In this document: piece after piece, positions 24,045 to 36,159 of the stretch
Layout of the letters: each line of letters starts with the position of its first letter
Position numbering within the stretch: position 1 is the stretch's first letter
Assembly (NCBI GenBank): GCA_025603075.1
Contig: MU626373.1
Coordinates: forward strand, 2,481 to 66,480
Length of the DNA: 64,000 nt
DNA from: Neoconidiobolus thromboides FSU 785
Taxonomy: Eukaryota > Fungi > Entomophthoromycota
Reading direction: 5' to 3'
Made by a program: the position numbers and the translations under genes
Notes under the pieces: model-generated
Databases searched by the model: none
Seen by the model: the letters and a program-made list of their open reading frames with translations, nothing else
What the model was told of the DNA's origin: nothing

Positions 24045-25966
24045 TTTAGTCTGAATATATAGGTAACAAAAACTTTATTAAGCTTTGATTTTAGCTTTAT
24101 CTTACTTTAGATATTTATACCATTTTTTGAGGTAACTACTTTGGAACGCTATAAGAAATCCCGTATCTAAGGTTACTAAAACCTTGATTCATTGTTACTA
24201 TACTGTATGCAAATATATGGTAAATTTTAAAGTAGTTTCCTTTCCTTGGGCATAAATGGTAGAAAAACCATGAATTAAATACCTTTCATTTATAAAAATT
24301 CAATTAGAGTAATTTTATGTCCTTGCCATAGTGGATTTGCCCAAAAGGGATGATTGATTTAGAAGTTACTCTAAAATTTCCAATAAAGATTGAAATAAAA
24401 GGGTTATCCCTGATGTGATTAGATTTTTATATTGTATTGCTTTGACAAGTCCTTTGTAAATCTTGGAAAGGTAAAAAAGCAAAGCGTCTTATTTCCTAAA
24501 TCACAATAAACCGACTAGGAGAATAAGAGTGAGAGGTTAAAATATAGGACTGAAAAACAAAGTGTATGTATGCAAGTATGGATAAGTTAAAAAACTTGTC
24601 CACAGTTTCAGGTAGCTTTTTTACAGCTTATTTTAAGTTTAAATATAAAAATTATAAATCAATTCTTAAATTAAAAAAGGATAGCTTTAGCTACATTTAA
24701 CCTTAATTTATAATTTTTTCACATCTCAAAACTGAAAAAAACTAAACCTTGAATTTGAATTCATGTTCCTAATATACGTTGTACTCTTCTGCTTAATATA
24801 CAAAATCTAATTCAACTATATTAACATATGGCAAATATAGTGTTTTAAGTTTCCTCTCAGAAAGACAACTGTAGTCACTAGTATGTTATAAGAAATGATA
24901 GGCGATTTTTCTGAACATAAATGTAATAAATAAAATAATAAATAAATTTAATCAATGTTCTCATAATGGTATTTTAGTAAAATAATGAGGTCCATAATTC
25001 AAATAATATTTGTAACTAAAAATTATATCAGTCAAGTTTATTGAATTTTGTTATCAAGATGATGTGATTTAACAAATTTAGAATTCTATATAAAAATAAA
25101 GCCATCAAAAAGGAGATTTAAGGGATCCCACATTATTGAATATTGTTCTTCTATCAAAAATTAACCTTTATTTACATTGTTTTAAGCTAAATTATTGTTA
25201 TGAATAATTATATAGATAGTTTTACTGGTCTATAATCATTGTCATTCTATTTTAATTTTACTAAGTTTATTATAATAGTTTGAATCAATAAAAATAAATT
25301 GATAGGCATAATTTTTACGAAAATGTTTATTAAATTTGTATATTATATAAATAAATATAGATGACATACGCATACTCATACTTATTTAAATCAACTGAAT
25401 AAGTTTAAAGTATCAGAATTTTTTAAACGAACAATTTTTTAAATAAAATAGTCATTTTTGTTTGTGCTTATTCTTTTATTGAATCCTGTAACTAGTTTAG
25501 TACTAATTTAAAATAACTCTCAAGATTTAATTAAAAATACCAAAAGATACTCTATTATTTTATTTTTTGCTCAAATTCGATATATCTAGTGTTTTTGTAT
25601 CCTTAATACTTTTTTTGAATCTCAAACTGTTGATTCCTAATACATTAAATAAATGAACAAAATTTCGATTGAACTTTTATATCTCTCTTTATCTATAAAC
25701 TTAAATCAAAAATGCTTCATTTTGAGTTATTAAATTATATTTAGATAACTATCAATATTAACGAGATCTAAGGTGTTAGTATATGTTATATAAAAATAAA
25801 ATAGAATTCTATTCAATCATTTGAATGATTACAAGGCTTTATTAAGATATCAGAGTACGAGGAAGTAGGAACATGTCGAAAAAATACTCATTCCTAATCG
25901 TCTTTGTATACTTTATATGTAAGAATCATTTACTTGTTAAGGAAGCTTGGAATCTTCAGTACTATT

Positions 25967-26066
25967 TGGGGCTGTTTTTTTTGATTTCATTATTTTTCCG
26001 TTTTTTAAGCACTATTTGAGTGGAAAATTTGTTAGTAAAATTCTTAAACACAAAAATACATCCTCA
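25967..26066 (-). mobile_element. MITE family copy (cluster 1)
   Basis: TGGGGCTGTTTTTTTT...AAAAATACATCCTCA; full-length match. Confidence 0.85.
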
Positions 26067-26102
26067 TTTAATGATGGAAACATTGTGATTAGCTTTAAAA
26101 TA

Positions 26103-26203
26103 TGAGGATGTATTTTTTTGTTTAAGGATTTTACTAACAATCTTTACACTCAGACAGTGCTTAAAAAAAGTGGAAAAGTAACAAAACCAAAAAAACGTCA
26201 CCA
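26103..26203 (+). mobile_element. MITE family copy (cluster 1)
   Basis: TA|TGAGGATGTATTTTTTT...AAAAAAACGTCACCA|TA; shares its TA with the next copy. Confidence 0.85.
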
Positions 26204-26205
26204 TA

Positions 26206-26305
26206 TGGGGCTGTTTTTTTTAGTTTCATTATTTTTCCATTTTTTAAGCGCTATTTATGTGGAAAAATTGTCAGTAAAATCCTTAAATACAAAAATACAT
26301 CCCCA
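26206..26305 (-). mobile_element. MITE family copy (cluster 1)
   Basis: TA|TGGGGCTGTTTTTTT...AAAAATACATCCCCA|TA; central AGCGCT intact. Confidence 0.88.
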
Positions 26306-26373
26306 TATGCTATTTTTACTATAGTATCTGGAATTCTGTATATTGAAATGTCTTTTACTATTTTCAACCAATA

Positions 26374-26472
26374 TAAGGATATGTTTTTTTTAGATTCATC
26401 ACTTCCATTTTTAAGTACTATTTGAGCTGAAAAACTGTTAGTAAAATTCTCAAACATAAAAATACATCCTCA
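26374..26472 (-). mobile_element. MITE family copy (cluster 1)
   Basis: Core ...AGTACTATTTGAGCTGAAAAACTGTTAGTAAAATTCTCAAACATAAAAATACATCCTCA. Confidence 0.78.
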
Positions 26473-26596
26473 TGAATTAAAAATTATTAGGAGGATAGTA
26501 AAATAAAAAACGTTATTATATATTAAAGTATATAGTTTAAAAAATAAAAGACAATTAATTTTATTAACTATTAATATAAAACTTTGGTGGAGGTAG

Positions 26597-29500
26597 TTAA
26601 GGTTTAGAATCAGGGATGATGGTACGTACAGTAGGATGCATTAGCAAACCTTGGATTGTAGGATTAAACTTGATAGGTCTAAAACGTTGAGTGAGGAAGA
26701 ATCTCAAGCTAGAGTAAAGCAACAGGACAGAACCAGTGAGAATCGGACCAACAAGAAAGACAAGGGGTACATTTGGTGAAAGGTTAAATACTGTATTGAC
26801 CCCAGGACAATAAACAAGGAAGCCCATTAATACAAAACCAATTAAGAGACCGACAAAATTACGATAGTTAGTAAAAATATGTTTTCCAAATGGATAAGTG
26901 ATTTTAGATTTACAGCAGAACATATTAAAGGCTTGGATAATGACTACTGAAAAGGTATACACAGTCTCGAATTGGGCTAATATTTCTAACAATTCGCTTC
27001 GTTTAAATTGCTGCCCGTTACTTACTGAAAATATAGTGTCACGATCTGGTAGATCCGAAAAGGCAAAGGTTTTTTGCAATTCAATAGAATCGTAAAAATT
27101 AATTCCACGATAACTTAGTAAAAAGAAAGAGCATACAGCAGCACCAGTAACTTCAATTATACCAGCTTCAAAGAAAGCCCAAGATATTAATTCGACATCA
27201 ACAATAATCTCATTCTCGGTTTTTTCAAATAGCTCTTTCCAATAAGTTAATGTATATAGCCTTGAAATGCTATGAACGATCCTTTTAAAACTTGATACCT
27301 GAATTTCTTCCCCGGTTTCTGGATCTCTTTCAAGCTTAATCTCACGCGATTTTACTCTGCGGAATCTTTCTACTGACTCTTTAGTTACTGGTTTACGTGG
27401 TGCAAGCCTCATAAGCCCTGTCTTTGTCTCTGGTTTATCCCAAGCAAATGATAAAGCTAAGCAAAGTTCATAACCAAGATCAAGAGAAATAATCTGAAGC
27501 GAAGTCAAGAGTAATGGGATAGGAACAGCAATATAAAGAAGCTGTGGAATAACCTCTGGCATTGTATGAGTTACTGTATATCTTATACTTTTTTTTAGAT
27601 TTGCAAAGATAAGACGACCTTCTTCAATACCACGAATAGTCGAGGCAAAATTATCATCAAGTAAAATCATTGAAGCGGCTTCTTTAGACACATCCGAACC
27701 AGATTCATTCATTGCAATACCAAGATCTGCTTTCTTTAAAGCTGGGGAATCATTAACACCATCACCAGTGACACCTACAATATGTCCCATAGATTGAGCA
27801 CGTTTAACAATTTCAAGCTTATGACGTGGTGAAGTACGAGCAAATATAATTTCATCTTTAGAAAAGATATTGTCCCATTCTTGGTCATTTAACGCGTCAA
27901 TTTGTTCACCATGTATGACAATAGCACCATATTCATCTTCACCAATAGATTCGATTGGACGTCCAGTTTTTTTGGCGACCATTTGTTTAGTATCAGAAAG
28001 CATCAAATTAATTTTACGACCAATGGCTTCAGCAGTAAGTGGATGATCACCAGTTACCATCATTACGCGAATGCCTGCTGTTCTGCACATACCAATAGCT
28101 TCACGTACACCATGCTTTGGAGGATCCTCTAATGAAGTGAGACCAACAAAGGTTAAACCAGTTGTTGGGTAATTGTTAAGCTTCTTATCGAATACAAAAT
28201 CTTTAGGGAACTGATCTCTTGGTAATAAAAGTTGAGCAAATGCAAGTACACGATGTCCTTTACCAGCCATAAGCTCATAAATTTCTTGGAACTGTGCTTT
28301 ATGCTCTTCATTGAGTGGAATAATTTGCCCTTCCATTAAAATAGTTGTACAAAGGCGTAATACTCTTTCTGGAGCACCTTTTAAGTAAAGGGTAAGATCG
28401 CCATTAGCATGAGGAATTTGACTAATAGTCATTGCCCATTTGTTATCCGAATTGAATGGAATGTCAAAAACACGAGGGTATTTAGTTTGGAGCTCATCAA
28501 AATCGTTTTGGCTTTGAGCAGCAAATCGAATAAGACCAGCTTCGGTGGCATCACCAATAATTTCTCTTTTATCAACCGGTATATCAGTACGGTCAAATTT
28601 AGCTCTGGAATTTAATGAACAGTTTAATAAAATTTCTTCCATTCCAGGAGAAGCTATTTGAACAGGATTGTCAGCATTTCCTAAATTTCTCAATGAAGAA
28701 TAAAGCTTATTAGATGACCACACGCTAGTAACAGTCATTTGGTTACGAGTGAGAGTTCCTGTTTTATCAGTGGCAAGGAGAGTAATTGCTCCCAAAGTTT
28801 CAACACCTTGAAGGTCCTTCACCAAAACGTTTTGTTTAGCCATACGCTTAGCAGCAAAAGTAAGCAACATAGTTAAAGTAGCTGGAAGACCTTCTGGTAC
28901 CCAACCACAAAAAACGCCTACTCCAAAAGTTAAACAATCTTTTAAAGCCATACCACTGGTGAGTCCTAATAGGAAGAAAATAATCCCAGTCAAAAAAGCT
29001 ACTGAGGCAACTAGCTTAACATAAATACTAATCTCTACTGAAAGTGGGGAAGGGTTCTTCTTTTCATTTGTTGTTAAACCAGCAATTTGACCTAACACAG
29101 TAGAATCACCAGTTTTAATTATAATACCATAACCTTCACCAGCAACAACTAGGGTTCCGTTAAAACCAATATTATGCGCTTCAAGTGGGTTTTTCATATC
29201 GTTATCAACAGTACGTGACTGTGGTTCTGATTCTCCAGTAAGTGAAGAGTTGTCTACTTTCATTTCGGAAACATTAAATAGATATAAATCAGCAGGGATT
29301 TTATCACCCATACGAACAAATACAATATCACCTGGGACTAAATCAGCTCCAGGAATTTGTGTTAATGATCCACCGCGTACTACACGGCATTGTTGAGGAA
29401 TCATATTAAGAAAAGATTCTAAAGCATTTGCCGATTTTTGTAATTGAATAAACTCAATAATTGCATTAAGAATAGATACTCCAACTAATATAGCACCCAC

Positions 29501-29806
29501 ATAAGAAGAAGAAAAATTATTGATAGGATCAATAGCAAAGATGATGAATGTCATCAAACCGGCTAGGATTAAGAGCACATTAAAAAGATTTAATAAACAT
29601 TCGAGAAAGCGAACAATCGGGTGCTTTCTTTTAGCTGGACTTAATGTGTTTGGACCATATATCTCTTTAGCCTTTTCAATTTTTTCTAATGATAAACCTT
29701 GGCTTTCAGCTGGCTTAGAAGGATTAACGGAGGTCTCAAATTTTTTACATACATCTTCAAGTGGGAGTAAATGTTCCAGAATCTCAACTTGTTTAGCTTC
29801 TTTCAT
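26597..29806 (-). CDS. P-type ATPase type IIC (Na+/K+ or H+/K+ ATPase alpha-like)
   Basis: Intronless 1069 aa. Motifs DNSSLTGES, VPEGLP, DKTGTLT, KGAPERVL, MVTGDHP, FARTSPRHKLEIV, TGDGVNDSPALKKADLGIAM and GSDVSKEAASMILLDDNFAST...EEGRLIFANLKKSI match subtype IIC. Confidence 0.92.
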   Translation of the reverse strand: MKEAKQVEILEHLLPLEDVCKKFETSVNPSKPAESQGLSLEKIEKAKEIYGPNTLSPAKRKHPIVRFLECLLNLFNVLLILAGLMTFIIFAIDPINNFSSSYVGAILVGVSILNAIIEFIQLQKSANALESFLNMIPQQCRVVRGGSLTQIPGADLVPGDIVFVRMGDKIPADLYLFNVSEMKVDNSSLTGESEPQSRTVDNDMKNPLEAHNIGFNGTLVVAGEGYGIIIKTGDSTVLGQIAGLTTNEKKNPSPLSVEISIYVKLVASVAFLTGIIFFLLGLTSGMALKDCLTFGVGVFCGWVPEGLPATLTMLLTFAAKRMAKQNVLVKDLQGVETLGAITLLATDKTGTLTRNQMTVTSVWSSNKLYSSLRNLGNADNPVQIASPGMEEILLNCSLNSRAKFDRTDIPVDKREIIGDATEAGLIRFAAQSQNDFDELQTKYPRVFDIPFNSDNKWAMTISQIPHANGDLTLYLKGAPERVLRLCTTILMEGQIIPLNEEHKAQFQEIYELMAGKGHRVLAFAQLLLPRDQFPKDFVFDKKLNNYPTTGLTFVGLTSLEDPPKHGVREAIGMCRTAGIRVMMVTGDHPLTAEAIGRKINLMLSDTKQMVAKKTGRPIESIGEDEYGAIVIHGEQIDALNDQEWDNIFSKDEIIFARTSPRHKLEIVKRAQSMGHIVGVTGDGVNDSPALKKADLGIAMNESGSDVSKEAASMILLDDNFASTIRGIEEGRLIFANLKKSIRYTVTHTMPEVIPQLLYIAVPIPLLLTSLQIISLDLGYELCLALSFAWDKPETKTGLMRLAPRKPVTKESVERFRRVKSREIKLERDPETGEEIQVSSFKRIVHSISRLYTLTYWKELFEKTENEIIVDVELISWAFFEAGIIEVTGAAVCSFFLLSYRGINFYDSIELQKTFAFSDLPDRDTIFSVSNGQQFKRSELLEILAQFETVYTFSVVIIQAFNMFCCKSKITYPFGKHIFTNYRNFVGLLIGFVLMGFLVYCPGVNTVFNLSPNVPLVFLVGPILTGSVLLLYSSLRFFLTQRFRPIKFNPTIQGLLMHPTVRTIIPDSKP

Positions 29807-31758
29807 TTTTTGAATAAATTATAGTATAATACAAATAGTAAATCAAGATAAGTGGTGTATATAGTCAATCAAATTAAATAATGTATATTTTTGAACTGTA
29901 CTTCTAAGGAATCTAAAACAAAGAATTGAATCTTTTAATATCTTTAGAGATAATTCCAGCACTTAAATATCATTCATGTCTCACCTTACCAGTGCTAATT
30001 GAACTTACATTATTTATCATTGAAATGAAAATTAGAATTCTGATTAATGTTGAGTTTTAATGCAGAATATTCCATAACTACTTTTTAAGTTATATAATGT
30101 GGGGTTAATGTGGGTAATTTTTTGATGAGTAATATTTAACTACAATATTATTTTCATTGATGAAGCTTATAGTGAGTCAATCAAGGGGATTTTTTGCTTA
30201 AAGTGAGAATTGAAGGCTGGAGTTTGGTTGGAGTGGGGGGTAATTTAATTATTATTGGATCATCGAATGCTCTTTGCTATGTAAATTAATAACCTAAGAA
30301 GTTCTTACTATGGCTTATTTAAGAAAGCATTTAGTTGGTCAAGGTATACCCAAAGATGGGGTATAATGTACATAATTTCAGTATCATTGAAAAGGTAGTT
30401 TTATTTCATCAAATCATTTTCAAATTTTTTGTTCATAATTTTGCATTTTAATGTTGTGGAGATTTAAATATAAAATATTTGATTTTTAAGAATTTGATTT
30501 GCAAAATATTTAATCTTAGTTAGCTATATTTTATACTTATATTTAATGTGATATAAGCATCATATTTCTAGAGGACAATTAGGGCAATATCAATTTTAAA
30601 ATGAAAAATTATTTTGAAAGTAAGGTTTTTATCTGAAATTCGGGGATTTTATAATTGAATCAAATTCTGTTTTAAAAAAAGAACTGATGTGCGTAACTAA
30701 TTTTGTCACTTCTTGCGGATACTTTATTAGATATAAATTTCTAAAAATTTAATCAACTAAAGTTTTCTATCACTCCTATAATAATATAGGGATTTGGTCA
30801 CCTTAAACCCCAAAGCTTATAGTCTATCAAATATCATATTAGCTATGTTTTTATTTTGTCTTAACACTTCCCAAACATCCTTTAAAGCTTTTACTAAAAA
30901 GGTTCTGGTAAGCAACAGCTTACAGTATTTTTACACAACACTTATTTCAAGAAAAAGTAAGTAATTTGTAGTAAAGATTTGAATGATTGAAATAAAAACA
31001 AAGTTGAAAAATTGCAATATACGAGGGTAGGCCAAAAAGTTCAAGGAAAGTCAAAAAAAAGCTAAAGAAAATAAAAAGTATGTTTAAAAACTATATCTAT
31101 TTTTGTATATACAAGTTTTTTAAAATAGCTTCTTAGTTTGTTTATTTTAAAAAAAACATTTTAACTAAAAGTCTAATTCAACTCTTAATATTTTATTTTT
31201 ATTAAAGCATTCCTATAAATTTATAAATAATACGATTTAAAAAAACTGAAATCTGAATAGTTAATGGTATTTTATTTGAATCAAATAGAACAGTTTCTCA
31301 TTATTATTTTAATATTTTAGTAATATTGTTGAATTTTTTTAAATTTTAATGATTAAAAACTCTTCCTTGCATTTGTAATTGACTTATAAAAGCTGCTAAT
31401 CTAACTATTTTAAAACTTTTCAAGGAGTATATCACATTTTTGTAGATTCTATTTACAAAAAACTAGACCTCCAGTATCTTTTTGTCTTCATCATTTTTAG
31501 ATTTTTTAACTTACCTTGGTAAGCAAAACAATTATAGTTAAGGTCATAACTTCGTTATAAAATTTTGAGCAATTGTTAAAAAATACTTTTAATCAGTTTG
31601 ACCTTTTTCTCAATAAAGTATAATAGGTTAAAATACTGTACAATGTAATTTTAATGCTGATACTGTTTAAAATTTAGTACATGCTTATCACACTTTTTAG
31701 CAAAAGATATAAAAATCTTTAGAATTATTTATATAAAAATTCAAATTTGACTATTACT

Positions 31759-31858
31759 TGAGGCTGTTTTTTTTGGTTCCCTAACTTTTTCCATTTTTAA
31801 GCACTATTTGAGCGGAAAAATTGTTAGTAAAATTATTAAGCAAAGACATGTATCCCCA
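31759..31858 (-). mobile_element. MITE family copy
   Basis: TGAGGCTGTTTTTTTTGG...AGCACTATTTGAGCGGAAAAATTGTTAGTAAAATT...GTATCCCCA. Confidence 0.8.
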
Positions 31859-33920
31859 TTTATATAAAAAAATCTTAATGTATTACCAAAAACTTTTGTT
31901 TAATTTAGTTAATTCAAAGTGTATAATTTTATAAAAATAGTTTCTATATTAAAAAACTAATCAAAGTTTTAATATAGCAATATAACGTAATAAAAAAGCT
32001 GTGAAGTCTGGTACTCAGTGATTGGAGTCAAGAACAGCTATTGCTGGGTTGACTACACTATAAGTCGAAAGGTCTTAGTTTATGTGGCTAAGATAGACTT
32101 GAGTTATGAAGAATAGCACTTAATAGGTTACAGACTATGTAAGATAAATACAATAGACAATACTACTCTGGAATCTGCGTAAAATATTATCAGAAAGATT
32201 TAATGGCTTTATTAAAGGTATGATAACACGAAGTAATTCAATTAAAAAGCCGCAGGTTGTTATGTTATAAAATCTACTTTATACCCTAACAAGTATGCAT
32301 ATCAAAACAGAGAGATAACGTCTTTCGGAATTACGTAGTAGAAATTTTCATAGTAAATTAAAATAAACGACTTGGGATTAATTATGTCTGAACTTGAGAA
32401 TATAGCAACTTAAGTGATTTCTATGTTGATCATAGAGCTGAAGAAGTGATATCCTACTACTTATGAACCTACTTTTAACAAAAAATTTAAAGTTTTAAAA
32501 AAATAATAACTACTATTTATTTTATTAACTTTATTAACAAACTATTAAATATCATAAATACAAGTGAATATTATAAAAAGTTTTACTTAATTTTCAAAAG
32601 TGGTTTAATTTATAAATCACTGCTTATGTAAAGAAAAATAAAAATGTTTTTTCACCCACTTATTTTTAAAATTTAGCTTAATCAGATAGTTTTAAAGAAT
32701 TATAAAAAGTAAAAGTATAATGGGATAATAAATAAACAAGACATTTTTATTTAAATTTATAATATTCATAGCTTAGTAACTCAAAACAATTCTTTTATTT
32801 TTATTTTTTATTTTTTATTTTTTATTTTAAAAATCATAAATAATAATATTTAAATACTTTGCTATATTATGTGAAATATTGTTCTATCAGCTTTGTAATT
32901 AATTAGATTTATATAGTACAACTAATTCAAAGCTTTTTGTTTTGATTTACTATGAGAATTTCTACCACTTAATTGCAAAAGAAACATTATTTCCTTATTT
33001 TAACATCTATGTTTAGCAATTACAATAACAAATTACAATCGTTGTTATGTTCCATATATACAGCCACTCAATTGGAACATAAAATGAAGTTTTTAATACA
33101 ATAATTTAAGGCTTTCTAGTTAAATTGTTTCTTGAGATTGTACTTTTAATAAAGTTGCTAAGTTTTATAGTATTTCATATAAATTTCATATAAATTCCAT
33201 AACAATATTTTTTATTTTATTTGTTTTATATAGCATGTAGCTTATTTTATCCTATTTTTATTTAAACCTATCTTAGCTACATAAAGTAAAACTTTTTAAA
33301 TTATAGCAAATTAATTAAGCAAAAACTGCTTTTTAATGCTAGTTATCAAAGACTAACTTTTGTGACTATTTAAAACTCTATATTAATAAAGTATATGCCT
33401 TTAGTTTAAAAAATTATCTATATAATTTTGTTTTTAGCTAATAAAAGGACTAAAAAATAGCCTTTAAATATTGTTTTAAAGCAGTTTCTAAAGAATTTAT
33501 TTTGAGTATTATTAAAAGTTATTTTTTTAATTTAAATTTGAAACTTAGCTAGACTTTGATTAGTTTTAAATCATTTTATGCTTAATTTCAAAAAAGTTAA
33601 ATTTTATAATACTATACTTTTTAAAGATAAAACTCAATGTTTTAAGAATTAAGTACAAATAAATATACAAAATATATTTTATTTGCTATAATTTTAAGCT
33701 ATAGTTTTATTATTATTATAATATTGAATATTAAAACTTTATAATTTAAAAAAATAAATTCATTTTAATATAAATTTTTATAAGCAGAATAAAACAAAAT
33801 AAAATAAGAAACCTTTAGTTATATACTTTTTTATAATATATACAACTTTAAAAATAAATTAATATAACTTTAAATTTTGACTTTTTATAAAATTTTAATA
33901 TTTATAATAAATAATTAATA

Positions 33921-34042
33921 TGGGGATGTTTTTTTGATTCCATTGGGGATGTTTTTTTTGATTTCATTACTTTTCCATTTTTTAAGCGCTATTTGAGTGG
34001 AAAAATTCTTAGTAAAATTCATAAACGAAAAAATACATTCTC
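33921..34042 (-). mobile_element. MITE family copy with a tandemly duplicated terminal ~24 bp
   Basis: TA|TGGGGATGTTTTTTTGATTCCATTGGGGATGTTTTTTTTGATTTCA...AATACATTCTCA|TA. Confidence 0.85.
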
Positions 34043-34583
34043 ATATATTTTTATTAGATTATAATTAGCTTAAATATAAAAATTTAATTTTATTAAAATC
34101 AACAATTTATTTAATATAATAAATTTTATTTTTTAATGATTAAAATGTGATAAATATAAAATAAAAACTCTATAATATTAAAAAAACTTACTTTTACAGT
34201 ATAAAACATTTTTCAATATGATTAAACCTGTTTTTTACTAATTTCGAATTTTTAATAGTTGTAAAAATATGATAATAAAAACATAAGCTAAAGCTATTAT
34301 TATCTAGATTTTAATATCTTATAAAAATTTTAATAAAAAATATTATATTAAAAGCTTAAATAATGTGTTCTAAAAAAACACGTATATAAACATAATTTAA
34401 GTCAAGATAATTATATATATGGGGGTATATTTTATTTAGGTTTTTAATATTTATTTAAAAAACTAAATATATTTTTATATTTTTATCCAATATTACTAAT
34501 CTTTATGACTTAATATTATAAAATATTTATAATATTAGCTGCAGAAAGTTTAGACGGTAATTAGGTATTTAACTTTTACTATG

Positions 34584-34676
34584 TAAGGGTGTACTTTAGA
34601 GAATTTTGCTGATAGCCTTTCCACTCAAATACTGCTTAAAAAAGAAAAAAGTGATAAAATCAAAAAAACACTTTCA
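34584..34676 (+). mobile_element. MITE family copy (degenerate)
   Basis: Core CCACTCAAATACTGCTTAAAAAAGAAAAAAGTGATAAAATCAAAAAAACAC is recognisable; both ends are decayed. Confidence 0.6.
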
Positions 34677-35200
34677 CGTTAAAAACGAATTTATGCAACT
34701 ATTTTCTAGTGTATTTCTTGCTTTTACCATCAGTCCATCTGGGTTGATTTTTCGGAATATTCATTTATTGGCAAATATCTTTTCTCGGCTTTTATCATAA
34801 AGAATTAAAAACTATAAATGTTTATAATTGACTTCATTAAAGAAACTTTCATACCATAATTTATAAGACATATAATAATAATAATAAAACTTATTTCATG
34901 ACAACTATTGATGTGAATTTTTACTTTATCTCACATTAGCTTATTACAATTTATAATTTTTTTATATAAACACCTTTGCTGTTATTTTCCCGCTTCCTAT
35001 CATAATTTTGTGGGAATTTCTATAATAGAAAACTATGAAATCCTTTTATTCATCTTGGCATACAGAGTTTGGATTGCCAAGTAGTCTTATTAAATGAGCT
35101 TTAAAATACCTTTGATTAGAAAAAGCATATATTATAGATTATAAATAAAATACATAAGACAATTATTTTTGATATTTTAATTACAGCCTTTTGCTTAACT

Positions 35201-35831
35201 ATGACTACAAAGTTTTACTTTATAACCTCAGCAGTCAATTTATTTTGTTCTATTATACTAATTTGCCACGCCTTTAATTATTGGATTAACTACAATAGTT
35301 TCAATGCTATTGGTGTAATACAAGGCATTTATTGCCTGTAAGAATTTTACTCATTGCTATGTATTAATGTTATGTCTCTAATTTGTTAGTATATTTTCAG
35401 CATTCTTAATTGGATTTGAAGTCGAAAGTATCCAGAATATTTATGTTGTTTATTTTCAATTTATGAAGTTTCCATTAGGCAGAGGATTAAGTAAGAATAC
35501 ATTGAATTTGATTTGTAACTTATTAACTCATTTTTTATATAGCTTATTTATTGTAATTCATTAAGTCTTCAGCATATAAGTACTCATATATTAACTCATT
35601 TTTAGCTTTAGTTTGATAACTCTTACTACTACATGGTATGGTATCCTGAGTTTGATATTATTAATTAAGTTCGGGGCTTTATCTATTTTTATTCATTTTT
35701 TAATACCAGACTCCACTTATTATCCTATTATACCATCTTTAACTAGTAATATATCCGATTATACGGGCGATGATAACCCAGTCAGTACTATAACCCCTAC
35801 AGCGCCTGAAGTTATTACAGTTCCTAGCTAA
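35201..35831 (+). CDS. TVP15/COPI-associated-family small multi-pass membrane protein, paralog A
   Basis: Four exons including a 10-nt micro-exon (35543-35552). MTTKFYFITSAVNLFCS...GIYCLIFSAFLIGFEV...FQFMKFPLGRGLTYLFFSLITLTTTWYG; the F-x-x-x-x-x-GRG-x-x-Y pattern is typical of this family. Confidence 0.7.
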
Positions 35832-36159
35832 TCTCCAGCTTAATAAATAAACTATTATTATTCCATTTATAAGAACAGTCGTGCAAATTACTTTTTGAAA
35901 ATATGTAGACAGATATTTTTCATGATTATTATTTCTTGGCATATTCTTGCCAAGGATTTTTTAACTAAAGATAGAAATCATAATAAAAAAAGAAGACAGC
36001 GCACTTTAAAATAGGAAAAATTAAAACCCAATAGATGAACAAAAAAACTTACTACTATTAAACAAAATTTATTGTTCCTAACTTGATTTTAGTTCATGTA
36101 TATAAATCTTTATATTATAGTATACTTTTTCACTTTTGTTTTTTGATTAATTATTCTTA

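Noticed and set aside
26118-26457. ORFs 26118-26324, 26251-26457, 34606-34800 and 38576-38788
   Set aside because: They are read-throughs of MITE copies with non-ATG starts, not genes.
25963-26474. Clustered ~100-bp repeats considered as a CRISPR-like or tandem array
   Set aside because: Copies are in mixed orientation, dispersed over the window, bounded by TIRs and TA, with no regular spacers; the context is eukaryotic.
30216-30241. G-rich tract GGCTGGAGTTTGGTTGGAGTGGGGGG upstream of the ATPase, a possible G-quadruplex
   Set aside because: Only two-tier GG runs; weak and unsupported.
32000-32460. GC-richer patch suggestive of a degraded transposon ORF
   Set aside because: Frames I translated are interrupted by stops, and no transposase, RT or gag motif was recognised.
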